DNA from: Spirochaetia bacterium
Lineage (GTDB): Bacteria > Spirochaetota > Spirochaetia > DSM-2461
Direction of reading: 5' to 3'
NCBI GenBank assembly: GCA_963666985.2
Contig: CAXXIA010000002.1
Span: 1,952,001 to 2,016,000 of the forward strand
DNA: 64,000 nucleotides
A program made the translations under genes and the position numbers. The notes beneath the pieces were generated by a model. The model saw only the letters and a list, made by a program, of their open reading frames with translations, had not been told where the DNA came from and did no database searches. Positions within the stretch are counted from its first letter, which is position 1, and each line of letters begins with the position of its first letter. Shown one piece after another: positions 49,702 to 60,029 of this stretch.

Positions 49702-50586
49702 CTAAACCCAAGGCGGATTTTCAGGCAGGGCCGCGTCGAACTCCGCAAGAAGTTTTTCCTGATAGCTCCCGGCGTACGCCCCTTCAAAAAACCGTCTCAT
49801 GGCCTCATCCCGGAATCTGTTCCAACTGTTCTCTTCCGAACCGGGAATTATGGGATAGAACAGAACGCCGTTGGCCTGCGCCGCCTTCAAATCGCCGGGG
49901 GCGTCTCCAATCATCATAATTTTTTCTTTGTCGTATTTCCCTACGGCCGCGAACTCCAGATGCTGCGTTTTGGTACCCCGTTCCTGACCGGCGATGATGC
50001 GGACGAATTTCGCGATATCGTGCTCGGCCCATTCCCGTTCCAAATCGCCGGTGGGAGTCTGGCTTACAACCATCAGATCCGCCTTGGGAGCGGCCGCTTC
50101 GAGAATCCCGGGAACCTGAGGGTAGGGCGGAAGGTTTCGAACGATTTTCGCGATGGCGTCGGTGGCGTCCCTGCTCCAGGCCAAGGCTCTTTGCAGGTCG
50201 GGATGTGGGTTCCGGGAGACTTCCTCTTCCAGGGTGGACTGGCTGAGTTTGCTTTCCCGCTTCGTCCATTCCTTTACTTCGGCCACCGACGGTACGGCGA
50301 TATGCCTGGCCTTGACTTCGCTGCGTTCGGATAAGAGTTCGATAACGCGAATGGCGGCCAGGAAACGATTCACGCCTCTGGTTTTTGAATAGAGATTCAC
50401 GAATTCCAGCGTTTCTCTCGTGATGGTTGAGGCGCCCTGCATGTCGTAGTTGTTCACGAACGCCGGACAGAAGCATTCCTTCTGCTTAATCTCCATGCTG
50501 TCGAAGACACAGCCGTCGGAGTCGAAACCGATGAAAAATTCTTTTTCGGGCCTGAGGTTTTTGAGTTCCTGAACCAAATCGCTCAT
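49702..50586 (-). CDS. HAD-superfamily hydrolase/phosphotransferase
   Basis: DSDGC motif I, VSQT, K, MIGDAPGD motif IV. Confidence 0.88.
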   Translation of the reverse strand: MSDLVQELKNLRPEKEFFIGFDSDGCVFDSMEIKQKECFCPAFVNNYDMQGASTITRETLEFVNLYSKTRGVNRFLAAIRVIELLSERSEVKARHIAVPSVAEVKEWTKRESKLSQSTLEEEVSRNPHPDLQRALAWSRDATDAIAKIVRNLPPYPQVPGILEAAAPKADLMVVSQTPTGDLEREWAEHDIAKFVRIIAGQERGTKTQHLEFAAVGKYDKEKIMMIGDAPGDLKAAQANGVLFYPIIPGSEENSWNRFRDEAMRRFFEGAYAGSYQEKLLAEFDAALPENPPWV

Positions 50587-50618
50587 TTCGTTTCCTTGCG
50601 ATAATCGATATATTTCGA

Positions 50619-50647
50619 AACCTAGCTTATGTCGAAGCCTTCGTCAA
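50619..50647 (-). promoter_or_regulatory. Putative sigma-70 promoter of the HAD-larA-gnd operon
   Basis: TTGACG-17 bp-TAGGTT, followed by TTTCGAAA. Confidence 0.5.
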
Positions 50648-50811
50648 GAGTGAATGATGTTTCCGCATTCCGAGATTCGGGAAAAACGATCCTGCGGAAA
50701 AGCTTAAGTTCTTCTTTCTTTTAACTTTAACCGCTTCAATCATAAGAGGGAAAGAGAGACTTTTTGTTCAATTATTTGACTTTTACTAAACGTCAATTAA
50801 GAATAAATTTA

Positions 50812-52767
50812 ATGAAAAACAATAATTCCGCTAAATCTGTTTCTTTGAGCCGGCAGTTTCTCGCGGTTGCCCTTCTTTCAACCATCCCGCTTTTTCTCTT
50901 GATTGTTTTATCCAATTTGGCGTTTCTCTTCGGATCCCGAAGAATGCTGGAGATTCAAGTGGAGAACGCCACGACGGCCCTGCACGGCACAATAGAAATT
51001 CAATTGGAAAACAGTATCCGTGCCTATCTTCGATCCAAAGTGGAAATGGCGATGAATTTGCTTGATGACGCTTTGGAAAGCGGCGAGGATTTGGAAAAAG
51101 TCATTAATACCCTCAAGACAATTGAAATAGGAAAGAGCGGGTATTTTTACGGCTTGGATTCACAAGGCGTTATTGTCTTTCATATCGATCCGGAACTGAT
51201 CGGGACCAGTTTGGCCGATTTGCCTTTGGGAAAAGCGCAATTGAGCCAAAAGTACGGATATTACGAATATGATTGGCAGAATCCCATGGAGACGACTTCT
51301 CATTCCAAAGCTCTTTACATGGAATACAACGAGAAGCTTGATTGGATTATTACGGCAACTTCTTACAGGGAAGAGTTCGCTTACATGGTGGACAGGGATG
51401 CCATACTTCGCATTGTTCAAAACAGCACCGTCGGTTATTCGGGTTATTCGTATGTTTTTGACAACAGCGGCGAGGTTGTAGCCCATCCCTTTTTCAGCAC
51501 TAAGGAAGAAATTGATGCCGCCGTGGGTTCCGAGGAGTATAAGGAACTTATCAATCAATTTTTTTCCCAGAAAGAAGGCTTCTCCGGATATAAGTGGCTC
51601 AACTATGAAAAAGAAGTTGATAGGTCGAAAATGGTGTACTTGAAATACCTTCCCGATTTCGATTGGATTGTCGGAACAGCTGTTTTTCAATCTGAAATCA
51701 ATCGCCCGATTCTTATCTTGGTTATCATCGATCTGACCGTTGCGGCCGTGATGGGACTTTTTCTTACCCGGTATATCTTCCGGGTTAATAAGGCGGTGAC
51801 CACACAGATTGAACGAATCTCCGACGGATTGGAATTGGGAAGAATGGGGAATCTGGGGGTTCGGATTGAGGAGTCCGGTCCGAAAGAGCTTCGAACCATT
51901 ACCGGAAACGTCAACTTTTTCATTGAAAATCTGGAAACGCGAACCCGTGAGCTTGAAGATCTCAATACATCTTTGGAGGATCGTGTGCGGATGCGGACTC
52001 AGGAACTTGCCGTTGCCTCACAGCGGCTCGTCGAGTCCGAGAAGCAGGCCTTAACCTCCCGTCTGGTGGCCGGAGTGGCTCATGAAATCAATACGCCGGT
52101 GGGGATTGCCCTTACCTCGGTTACTTTCGCGGGCGAGTGTTTAACTTCTCTCGGCAGGGAAGAATCTCTCGATACATCGGAGGAGGAAGCGGGAGATTCT
52201 TTTAATGTGATTCAGGAAGCAATTGAAATTGCGGAGAAAAATCTTAAACGGGCCGGCGGATTGATTCAGTCTTTTAAAAATGTTTCTTCCGATCAGTTGA
52301 GCTTGAATAAACGAACTTTTCATTTGCCCGAGGTTGTTGACGATATTATCGTGTCCATGAAATCGATGGTTCGGAAACAAAATGTCGATATTTCGGTCGA
52401 CATTCCGGATATCGTATTGGACAGCTATCCCGGGGTGTTTACGCATGTTTTGGGGAATTTGATTAATAATTCCTTGAAGCACGGCTTTGTTGATGAGCGG
52501 AAAGGAGAGATTCGGATTTCCGCAAAACAAGATGGAGAGAAGATCATCTTCGAATATCGGGATAACGGAATAGGCATTTCGAAGAACTTGGAAGGTTCCA
52601 TTTTCGATCCCTTTATAACATCACAAAGGAATGCCGGAAGTATCGGACTGGGAATGAATATTGTGAAAAACCTGGTTGTTGAAAAACTCAAAGGTACGAT
52701 CGATGTGGAGAGTTCTCCGGGGGAATACACCCGATTCATCATTGAATTTCCATATGTTTCCGGATAA
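50812..52767 (+). CDS. Cache-domain sensor histidine kinase
   Basis: TM, IGKSGYFY / VGYSGYSY Cache repeats, TM, HAMP, AGVAHEINTP, NSLKHG, DNGIG. Confidence 0.92.
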   Translation: MKNNNSAKSVSLSRQFLAVALLSTIPLFLLIVLSNLAFLFGSRRMLEIQVENATTALHGTIEIQLENSIRAYLRSKVEMAMNLLDDALESGEDLEKVINTLKTIEIGKSGYFYGLDSQGVIVFHIDPELIGTSLADLPLGKAQLSQKYGYYEYDWQNPMETTSHSKALYMEYNEKLDWIITATSYREEFAYMVDRDAILRIVQNSTVGYSGYSYVFDNSGEVVAHPFFSTKEEIDAAVGSEEYKELINQFFSQKEGFSGYKWLNYEKEVDRSKMVYLKYLPDFDWIVGTAVFQSEINRPILILVIIDLTVAAVMGLFLTRYIFRVNKAVTTQIERISDGLELGRMGNLGVRIEESGPKELRTITGNVNFFIENLETRTRELEDLNTSLEDRVRMRTQELAVASQRLVESEKQALTSRLVAGVAHEINTPVGIALTSVTFAGECLTSLGREESLDTSEEEAGDSFNVIQEAIEIAEKNLKRAGGLIQSFKNVSSDQLSLNKRTFHLPEVVDDIIVSMKSMVRKQNVDISVDIPDIVLDSYPGVFTHVLGNLINNSLKHGFVDERKGEIRISAKQDGEKIIFEYRDNGIGISKNLEGSIFDPFITSQRNAGSIGLGMNIVKNLVVEKLKGTIDVESSPGEYTRFIIEFPYVSG

Positions 52768-52786
52768 GCGTAGTTTTTAAAGTTTT

Positions 52787-54955
52787 TCAGGTTTTAAATT
52801 GCTCCACTTCGCCGGAAAGAATCTTCGTATTGCCGCTCAGGCTGCCGACATTGCCCGATATCTCGGACATTGATGAGAGTATGGAATCGCTGCTTACGGA
52901 GATTTCATCCGTATAGCTTTTAGCGGTTTGCGTGAGTTCCAGTAATGTGTTGATATTCGCCGTTATATCGTCGGTCCCGATTTTCATGGTTTTCGTTGTG
53001 TTTGAAAGGTTCGTGCAAAGGTCGTTTATCGCCGAAATTGCAATGAGAATCTGATCGCTTCCCGCGGACATTTCGTTGCTCATAAGATTAATTTCGGTAA
53101 AAGCCGACGCGAAACCTTTGATATCGGAGATCATATTCAGCATGACTTTCTGCAGCTCTTGAGAAGAGCTGCTTGAAATCTGAATTTGATTCACGATGGT
53201 TTTAACTTCCTGGGTTATCTTCCGGGAGGAAACGGAAGAATCTTCAGCCAGTTTTCGTATTTCGCCGGCGACGACGGCAAATCCCTTTCCGGCTTCTCCG
53301 GCATGAGCGGCTTCTACGGCGGCATTCATAGCCAAAAGATTGGTTTGTTCCGCTATATTGGAAATGATATCGGTCATTTCTCTGATGGAATCGATGTTCG
53401 TCGTTACTTGCTGAATGGAATTATATGTATCATTCAGCATGCTGTTGCTTATATCGGCGGTTTCAAGCAAGTCATCCGATACCTTTTTATTTCGGGATGT
53501 CGTTTCCGCCATGCTCTTAAGAGAGGAGAACATTTCCTCGATGGCCGTAGTTGATTCTTCCACCGCCATGGATTGAGTGTGTGCCTGATTCGTCAGTTCA
53601 TCAATATTCGTTTCGATTTGATGTGTCAGCGAACCCGCATTTTCAGATTGTGTTACGAGATTCTTAATAAGGTTCATTATTGAATTGATGCTGCCATGGA
53701 TCTTGTTAATCTCGGACGAGGTATGTTTCGTTGATTCATTAAGCTGTAATTCCAGCGAATGATTTGTTTCGACGGATTTGATGATATTGTTCACCATATC
53801 ACGCAAGTTTTTGGTGAATTTATTAAATGAAAGCGCAATTCTCCCCACTTCGTTTTTTGATTGAATATTGAGAGTTCTTGTCAGATCACCTTTACCGCTT
53901 GCGATGGCATTCAGTTCGGATTCAATTCTTGTTAAAGGCTTAACGATTATTTTATTGGCAACAACGATTATAAGAATTACAGAAAGAATTAAAGCAACGG
54001 TTATGATAATAATGAGAAAGAGCCGTATTGTAGATATTCTTTGAAATAAGTGATTTAAAGACCCTCTGTAGAAGAAGTACCAGTCGTTTGCTTTATTGCC
54101 TTCATACCCTTCCATTTTTTTTGCAATATAGAGATTCTCCGTACCCCCGTAGCTGCGTATAAAATTAAAATCATTGTTTTTAACTCTCTCAACGTAGGGC
54201 ACCAAGACATCTCGGCCTTTGTCGGTAAAAACAAGAGTTTCATCCGGATGCGCAATCATATTTCCCGTATCATCAATGATGAAAATGTATTCCGAATCGG
54301 CAAAATAGGATTGTTTGCCGAATCTTTCCGTGAAATATGTCATTTTCGGAGCGAGCCCGACAGCTCCAATCAGGTTGTTTTCATATTTAATGGGAACCGC
54401 AATGACGACAATGGGTGTGCCGCTCAATAAACTGGCATAAACATCGCTTATATAGTATTCCTTACCTTCCCGCATGGCCTGTGAGTAATTTTTGTCTTGC
54501 GCGAGTCCGATGGCATGCGTTCCCCCCGCGCTGATAAAAATGCTTCCGTCGGGAATGTCCTTCCTTTCTCCATCGACATCGATTGAAACAGGCCGATTCC
54601 GATTATGAAAAGATAGGGCAATGACATTTTCGTAATACGGCTGCTCTTCAAGAACTCTTTTCATTACAGCGGCGGCTTTGCCGTATTGATCCGTATTTTG
54701 AGGATCAAGGCATGAGTTGACGATGAAGGAATCGGCCGCCAGGGTTTCCGCCAGAATTATTTGATCGTCTATCCATGTTTTCAGGCCTTTTTCTATATCC
54801 GCGGTAATCGTCTGACCTAATTCCGTAGTTGTTTCATAAAGAGTTTCTTTTACAATCTTGTTAAATCCGATCCCAATAAAAAGAAATGACATCAATAATA
54901 CCGGAACGGCACTCAAAATCACACCAAAGATTACACTTCCGCGACATTCCTTCAT
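52787..54955 (-). CDS. Methyl-accepting chemotaxis protein (dCache)
   Basis: [37 protein letters not shown]. Confidence 0.95.
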   Translation of the reverse strand: MKECRGSVIFGVILSAVPVLLMSFLFIGIGFNKIVKETLYETTTELGQTITADIEKGLKTWIDDQIILAETLAADSFIVNSCLDPQNTDQYGKAAAVMKRVLEEQPYYENVIALSFHNRNRPVSIDVDGERKDIPDGSIFISAGGTHAIGLAQDKNYSQAMREGKEYYISDVYASLLSGTPIVVIAVPIKYENNLIGAVGLAPKMTYFTERFGKQSYFADSEYIFIIDDTGNMIAHPDETLVFTDKGRDVLVPYVERVKNNDFNFIRSYGGTENLYIAKKMEGYEGNKANDWYFFYRGSLNHLFQRISTIRLFLIIIITVALILSVILIIVVANKIIVKPLTRIESELNAIASGKGDLTRTLNIQSKNEVGRIALSFNKFTKNLRDMVNNIIKSVETNHSLELQLNESTKHTSSEINKIHGSINSIMNLIKNLVTQSENAGSLTHQIETNIDELTNQAHTQSMAVEESTTAIEEMFSSLKSMAETTSRNKKVSDDLLETADISNSMLNDTYNSIQQVTTNIDSIREMTDIISNIAEQTNLLAMNAAVEAAHAGEAGKGFAVVAGEIRKLAEDSSVSSRKITQEVKTIVNQIQISSSSSQELQKVMLNMISDIKGFASAFTEINLMSNEMSAGSDQILIAISAINDLCTNLSNTTKTMKIGTDDITANINTLLELTQTAKSYTDEISVSSDSILSSMSEISGNVGSLSGNTKILSGEVEQFKT

Positions 54956-55276
54956 GAATGTGCTCCTTATAACTTAATTTTAGAATAGAGATTGCCTGTT
55001 TACCAACGGCACGTTTATTTTTCCGTATTTGATTTCTGTGAAAACAATTAAAGAATCCTTATAAGAGAACGCGTGTAAAATAATCGCGATGACGGGGGAT
55101 CGTTTCGTAATCCGGGCGGTATTAAGCCTCTGTTGAGAAGCTTTTCGGCCGTTTGCCGATCCATTTCCGCCTATGGACTTGGCAACATAATGATTTGGAA
55201 GTAGCTATTTACTTTTAATTCTTGTGAGATAAGACTTGTTAAAGTGTCTGTGAAGGTAAACCACTTGCAGGGGGAG

Positions 55277-56251
55277 ATGATGAAAAGAAGGATTTTCTCC
55301 GCGTTTGCTCTGTTGATGGCCGCTTCCATCCTTTTCCTTAACGGCTTGAGCTGTAAAAAAGGGAATAACGCCCTTATAGGTTTTATTCCAATGACAATGA
55401 ATAATGAATATTTCATTACTATGGTGAATGCCGCCGAACAAGAAGCGGAAAGGCTGGGCGTTCGTTTGATGGTTGATTCGGGTGATTCTCATCGTTCCGC
55501 GAATGCGCAGCTGATGATTGCCGAAGAAATGATTCAACATAAAGTCGATGCGATCTGTCTTGTTCCCAGTTCTTCCAGTTCCGCGCTTGCCGTGTTGACC
55601 TTAGCCTCCGCAAAGAAAATCCCGGTAATCAACATTGATACAAAAATCAATGAAGTCATGATTATGCAGTCCGGATTGCAGGCGGTTCCATTTATCGGTA
55701 CGGATAACTACACCGGTGCGGCGATGGGCGCTGATTATGCCGTGAGAAAGTTGAATATCATGGGGAAGAAAGTTGTGATTCTCACCGGAATAGAGGGGCA
55801 ATTGAATGCAAGCGATCGTCGAAACGGTTTTGTCGATAATGCAACGGGAATTGAAGTCGTGCATGAACAGACGGCAAATTGGGAAATGGATCAAGGTTAT
55901 GAAGTTGTAAAAACAGTATTGGAAAGGAATCCCGATATTGATTTCATATCGTGCGGTAACGACGGAATGGCCTTGGGAGCCGTTCAAGCGGTAAAAGAAG
56001 CCGGAAAATCCGATTCCATCATGATCTTCGGGTATGATGCCGTTCCTGCGGCATTGGACGCAATTGAAATGGGCGATATGGTCGCAACGGTAGCTCAGTT
56101 TCCCGCCGAAATGGGAATACTCGGAGTTCAAACCGCTTTAAATATGATAAAAGGCGAGGCTGTTGAACTCACAACATATACCAAGACGGAAGTTATTGAT
56201 AAAGAGAATGTCGGGGTATTTAAAGAGTATTTAAAGCAGTTTTCCAAATAA
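55277..56251 (+). CDS. Sugar ABC-type substrate-binding lipoprotein (RbsB-like), orphan
   Basis: Lipobox GLS-C, NEYF, IGTDN, RRNGF, ANW, NDGMALG, ATVAQFP. Confidence 0.88.
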   Translation: MMKRRIFSAFALLMAASILFLNGLSCKKGNNALIGFIPMTMNNEYFITMVNAAEQEAERLGVRLMVDSGDSHRSANAQLMIAEEMIQHKVDAICLVPSSSSSALAVLTLASAKKIPVINIDTKINEVMIMQSGLQAVPFIGTDNYTGAAMGADYAVRKLNIMGKKVVILTGIEGQLNASDRRNGFVDNATGIEVVHEQTANWEMDQGYEVVKTVLERNPDIDFISCGNDGMALGAVQAVKEAGKSDSIMIFGYDAVPAALDAIEMGDMVATVAQFPAEMGILGVQTALNMIKGEAVELTTYTKTEVIDKENVGVFKEYLKQFSK

Positions 56252-56307
56252 TCCGGCGAACCCCGGAAGAACGTTTTGTTGGGGTGTATTTACCGAAATC
56301 CAATTTC

Positions 56308-56682
56308 TCAGGCTTTAAGCAATGCGCCGACGGCGGCCGAAATAACAGCCGGATCATCTCCGTTTTGAATACCGCGAACACCGACGGCATAGACGGCTTT
56401 TGCCGTTTTTTCCGCAGCATCATCTTCGGCCGTGATGTGTTCCAGAAGCCATTCGACGACTTCCTCCGGGTCCGTTCCGTCGGCAACGAGCTTAAGTCCT
56501 TCACTGAAGAACTCAGGGAGAGATCCGTCTTCCGTCATGGACTCAAGTGCAAGAAGTCCGTCTTTGGCCGCACAATCTCTCGCACGGGCGATGTGTCCGA
56601 TTACTTCAACAGTTCGTTCCCGATCCATAAGTCCGGGGTTGATTGTGTCCGGAAAATCATCCGGCCAGGGAAAATCACTCAT
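56308..56682 (-). CDS. Small soluble protein resembling the MotA cytoplasmic domain
   Basis: AAKDGLLALE....FFSEGLKLVADGTDPE, AVGVRGIQNGDDP; no TM segments. GAGAGG RBS. Confidence 0.6.
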   Translation of the reverse strand: MSDFPWPDDFPDTINPGLMDRERTVEVIGHIARARDCAAKDGLLALESMTEDGSLPEFFSEGLKLVADGTDPEEVVEWLLEHITAEDDAAEKTAKAVYAVGVRGIQNGDDPAVISAAVGALLKA

Positions 56683-56808
56683 CGCTTACCTCTCGCCATA
56701 ATGGATTTCATTGAGTCTTCCAAAAAGGATATCGTAGAAGAATGTGGAAGTCGAATAAATCGCACGTATTCGTGTTTCGCTTTTCAAAAGCGACTGAAAC
56801 AGCGGGAA

Positions 56809-56850
56809 TTGACAGCGCTGTGGTTTCGTTTTATTGTGATGAACGAAACC
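56809..56850 (+). promoter_or_regulatory. Sigma-70 promoter with overlapping operator palindrome
   Basis: TTGACA (56809)-17 bp-TATTGT (56832), overlapped by GGTTTCGTT-N11-AACGAAACC (56822-56850). Confidence 0.75.
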
Positions 56851-56878
56851 ACAAGAAACCTTTCGGAGTCCGAAATCC

Positions 56879-57652
56879 ATGGCCCTGATAGAACGTCATA
56901 ATACGATTCTCAAGACTGTCGAGCGGCTTCGAACCGTCTCGGTGCAGGAACTGAGAGAGCGATTGGACGTTTCCGATGTTACAATACGCAAGGATTTAAC
57001 CTTTTTGGAAGAACAGGGTCTTATCCTTCGAACTCATGGCGGCGCCCGTTTGGCCGAAGACATCAACCGGATGCGCACGCTGGCTTTGAGAGAGCGGGAA
57101 AATCCGAATACCAAGAGAACGATCGCCCGCAGAGCTCTCCGCATCATTGAGGAAGGCGACACGATTTATTTGGATTCGGGATCCACATGCCAAGCTTTGG
57201 CCGAACAGATCCGGGATGCCGGCCGCACCGTTCGGATTATCACGAACGCCCTTCCCATTATGAACATTCTGGCCCCCGCCGAGAGTGTCAGTATTTTTAC
57301 CATCGGCGGTTCCTTTCGCCGGGAAGCCGGATCTTTCATCGGTCCGCTGTCGCTGGCGAATTTGAAAGACTATCAAATTGAAACCGGTTTTGTCGGAACC
57401 ACGGGCTTCAACGCCCACGGAGTCTTTTCGAGTCAAAACGTTATCGAGAGTCAGTTGAAGAAAGCCGTTCTGGCCTCGTCCCGAAGACGCATTATTCTGG
57501 CCGATTCCACCAAGGCCGATGTGCGGGCTTTCAGCGTGTTCGCCCGTCCCGGAGACGTGGATATTCTCATTACGGACACCGGCTGCCCGTATGAAAAACA
57601 GCTCAAGAAAGCCGGTTTGGAAGTCATCATCGCCAAAGAAGAGGAGAATTAA
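56879..57652 (+). CDS. DeoR/GlpR-family transcriptional regulator
   Basis: VSDVTIRKDL...RTHGGA, LDSGST, ITNA, ADSTK. Confidence 0.95.
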   Translation: MALIERHNTILKTVERLRTVSVQELRERLDVSDVTIRKDLTFLEEQGLILRTHGGARLAEDINRMRTLALRERENPNTKRTIARRALRIIEEGDTIYLDSGSTCQALAEQIRDAGRTVRIITNALPIMNILAPAESVSIFTIGGSFRREAGSFIGPLSLANLKDYQIETGFVGTTGFNAHGVFSSQNVIESQLKKAVLASSRRRIILADSTKADVRAFSVFARPGDVDILITDTGCPYEKQLKKAGLEVIIAKEEEN

Positions 57653-57655
57653 AGA

Positions 57656-58876
57656 ATGAACGGGAATGCCATCGTCGCTCAGTCCGGAGGACCAACGGCC
57701 GTTATCAACGCCTCGGCCGCCGGAGTGATTCATGCCGCCATGGAAGCACCGGTTATTGATCGGGTGTTCGCGGCGCATAACGGAATTCTGGGTGTGCTCA
57801 ACGAGGAGATCTACGATCTGGGGAAGGAAGAGAAATCCGTTCTGGAAGAACTCCGCTGGTCGCCGGCTTCGGCTTTGGGTTCCTGCCGGCATAAGGTGAA
57901 AACCGATGAGGAGCGGCAGAGGATAATCGACGTATTCAAGAAACATAACATCCGGTACTTCTTCTACATCGGCGGCAACGATTCCATGGACACGGCCGAC
58001 AAAGTCTCCAAGCTCGCGCGGAAAACCGGCTACGAAATGCGCGCCGTGGGGGTTCCCAAAACAATCGATAACGACTTGGCGGAAACCGACCACTGCCCGG
58101 GTTACGGTTCGGTGATTAAATATCTGGCCGCGATGACCATGGAGGCGGGCCGCGACACCGAAGCCATGTACACCGCCGATACCGTGAATGTCATTGAGGC
58201 CATGGGCCGGAACGCCGGATGGATCGCCGCGGGATGCGCCCTTGCCAGACGAAACGAAGAGGACGCGCCGCATATTATCCTGCTGCCGGAAGTTCCCTTT
58301 AGTCGGGCCGCGTTCGCGGCGAAGGTTCGCCATTATCTGGAGAAAATCGGCCGCTGCGTCATCGTGGTTTCGGAAGGAACGAAATACCCCGACGGATCGT
58401 TTCTGTCTGAGATGAAAGGCGATTTCGCCAAGGACGCCTTCGGACATGTTCAGCTCGGCGGCGCCGCGCAGGCCGTTCAGGCCCTCGTTCAGGAAGATTG
58501 TAAAGTCAAAGCCCGCATCGCCATGCCCAGCACCATACAGCGGACGGGGGCGCACTTTGCCAGTTTAACGGACAACGAGGAGGCTTACGGATCGGGCCGC
58601 CGCGCGGTTCAGGCCGCCCTGGAAGGCGTAACCGACAAAATGATTACCCTGGTTCGGGAATCCGAAAAACCGTACCGATGCGGATACGGACTGGCCGACC
58701 TCTCGGCCGTGGCCAACGGCGAGAAATATTTTCCGAAGGAATGGATTACCGATGACGGCTTTTTCGTTACCGATGATTTTATTCGATACGCACGGCCGCT
58801 GATTCAGGGAGAAACCAAGCCGCCGATGCAGGACGGCCTGCCGCGGTACGTGCGGACGGCGAAGAACTTCGTATAG
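57656..58876 (+). CDS. pfp: Phosphofructokinase, probably pyrophosphate-dependent
   Basis: QSGGP, GGNDSMDT (Asp at the PPi-specifying position), PKTIDND (Lys), MGR. Confidence 0.85.
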   Translation: MNGNAIVAQSGGPTAVINASAAGVIHAAMEAPVIDRVFAAHNGILGVLNEEIYDLGKEEKSVLEELRWSPASALGSCRHKVKTDEERQRIIDVFKKHNIRYFFYIGGNDSMDTADKVSKLARKTGYEMRAVGVPKTIDNDLAETDHCPGYGSVIKYLAAMTMEAGRDTEAMYTADTVNVIEAMGRNAGWIAAGCALARRNEEDAPHIILLPEVPFSRAAFAAKVRHYLEKIGRCVIVVSEGTKYPDGSFLSEMKGDFAKDAFGHVQLGGAAQAVQALVQEDCKVKARIAMPSTIQRTGAHFASLTDNEEAYGSGRRAVQAALEGVTDKMITLVRESEKPYRCGYGLADLSAVANGEKYFPKEWITDDGFFVTDDFIRYARPLIQGETKPPMQDGLPRYVRTAKNFV

Positions 58877-59031
58877 GCCCCCCGGGAGGGCCCTGCCGGT
58901 TACGGGCAGGCCATGTTAGGTCCGGGTAGGCTCGGGTATGGCCGACTATGGCCGGGGAGGTCCGGCTATGACCGGGGAGTGCAAGCCGGGGAGAGACTTG
59001 GATTAAGCTTGAATCGGATCGGGGAGCGTTC

Positions 59032-59127
59032 TTAGGCGAAAGAAAATTTCGTCTGAATCACCGGCCTTAGGCGAAGAAAAAGTTCGTCAAAGTTCCCCGA
59101 TTTAGAGGCATAAAGAGTTCGCCTGAC
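59032..59127. repeat. Three imperfect tandem units at 35-bp period
   Basis: TTAGGCGAAAGAAAATTTCGTCTGAA (59032), TTAGGCGAAGAAAAAGTTCGTCAAAG (59067), TTAGAGGCATAAAGAGTTCGCCTGAC (59102). Confidence 0.6.
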
Positions 59128-59174
59128 GGCACTGCCGTCAAACGGAAGAATAGGAATATAAAAGGAGCAAAAAC

Positions 59175-60029
59175 ATGGTCCCGTTCAAAATCGATTTAAC
59201 CGATAAAGTCGCCGCCGTTACCGGCGGGGGCGGCGTTCTCTGCGGCGCTTTCGCCAAGGCTCTTGCCGAGTGCGGCGCGAAAACGGCCGTACTTGATTTG
59301 AGAAAAGAAGCCGCCGACGCCGTCGCGGCCGAAATCACCGCGGCCGGAGGCACCGCCATGGGCGTGGCCGCGAACGTCCTGGAAACCGAAAGCCTTGAAG
59401 CGGCCCGCGCGGAAATAGAAAAAGCGTTCGGCCCGGTGGACATCCTTATAAACGGCGCCGGCGGGAATCATCCCAAAGGCACCACCAGCAAGGAATACCT
59501 GCTTCCCGAACAGCTGAAAGAAAAAGTCGAAGGACTCACCACGTTTTTCGACCTCGATCCCCAAGGAATCCAATTCGTCTTCAACCTGAATTTTCTGGGC
59601 ACCCTCCTGCCCACCCAGGCCTTCGCCCGCGGCATGGCCGAAAAAGGCGCGGGCGCCATCATCAATGTTTCCAGCATGAACGCCTTTACGCCGCTGACCA
59701 AAATCCCCGCCTATTCGGGAGCCAAAGCCGCCGTGAGCAACTTCACCCGCTGGCTGGCGGTTCATTTTTCCAAGGTGGGCGTTCGCGTCAATGCCATCGC
59801 ACCGGGCTTTTTTCTCACCGATCAGAACCGTTCCCTCATGACCAAGGAAGACGGCTCCTGGTCCGATCGCGCCGTTACCATCCTCAACCACATCCCCTTG
59901 GACCGCCTCGGAAAACCCGAAGATCTGCTGGGCACCCTCCTGTGGCTGGTGGACGAAAAAGCCGCGGGTTATGTTAACGGTACGGTTATTCCTGTGGACG
60001 GCGGATTCTCCGCATTCTCCGGCGTATAG
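59175..60029 (+). CDS. uxuB: SDR-family D-mannonate oxidoreductase (fructuronate reductase)
   Basis: TGGGGVLC, NGAGGNHP, PLTKIPAYSGAK, DGGFSAFSGV; adjacent to uxaC. Confidence 0.85.
   Translation: MVPFKIDLTDKVAAVTGGGGVLCGAFAKALAECGAKTAVLDLRKEAADAVAAEITAAGGTAMGVAANVLETESLEAARAEIEKAFGPVDILINGAGGNHPKGTTSKEYLLPEQLKEKVEGLTTFFDLDPQGIQFVFNLNFLGTLLPTQAFARGMAEKGAGAIINVSSMNAFTPLTKIPAYSGAKAAVSNFTRWLAVHFSKVGVRVNAIAPGFFLTDQNRSLMTKEDGSWSDRAVTILNHIPLDRLGKPEDLLGTLLWLVDEKAAGYVNGTVIPVDGGFSAFSGV

Noticed and set aside
56284..56901. 205-aa plus-strand ORF
   Set aside because: Overlaps the better-supported minus-strand MotA-like gene and the deoR promoter.
59032..59127. Possible CRISPR mini-array
   Set aside because: The units are degenerate, the gaps are only ~9 bp and there are no cas genes in the window.
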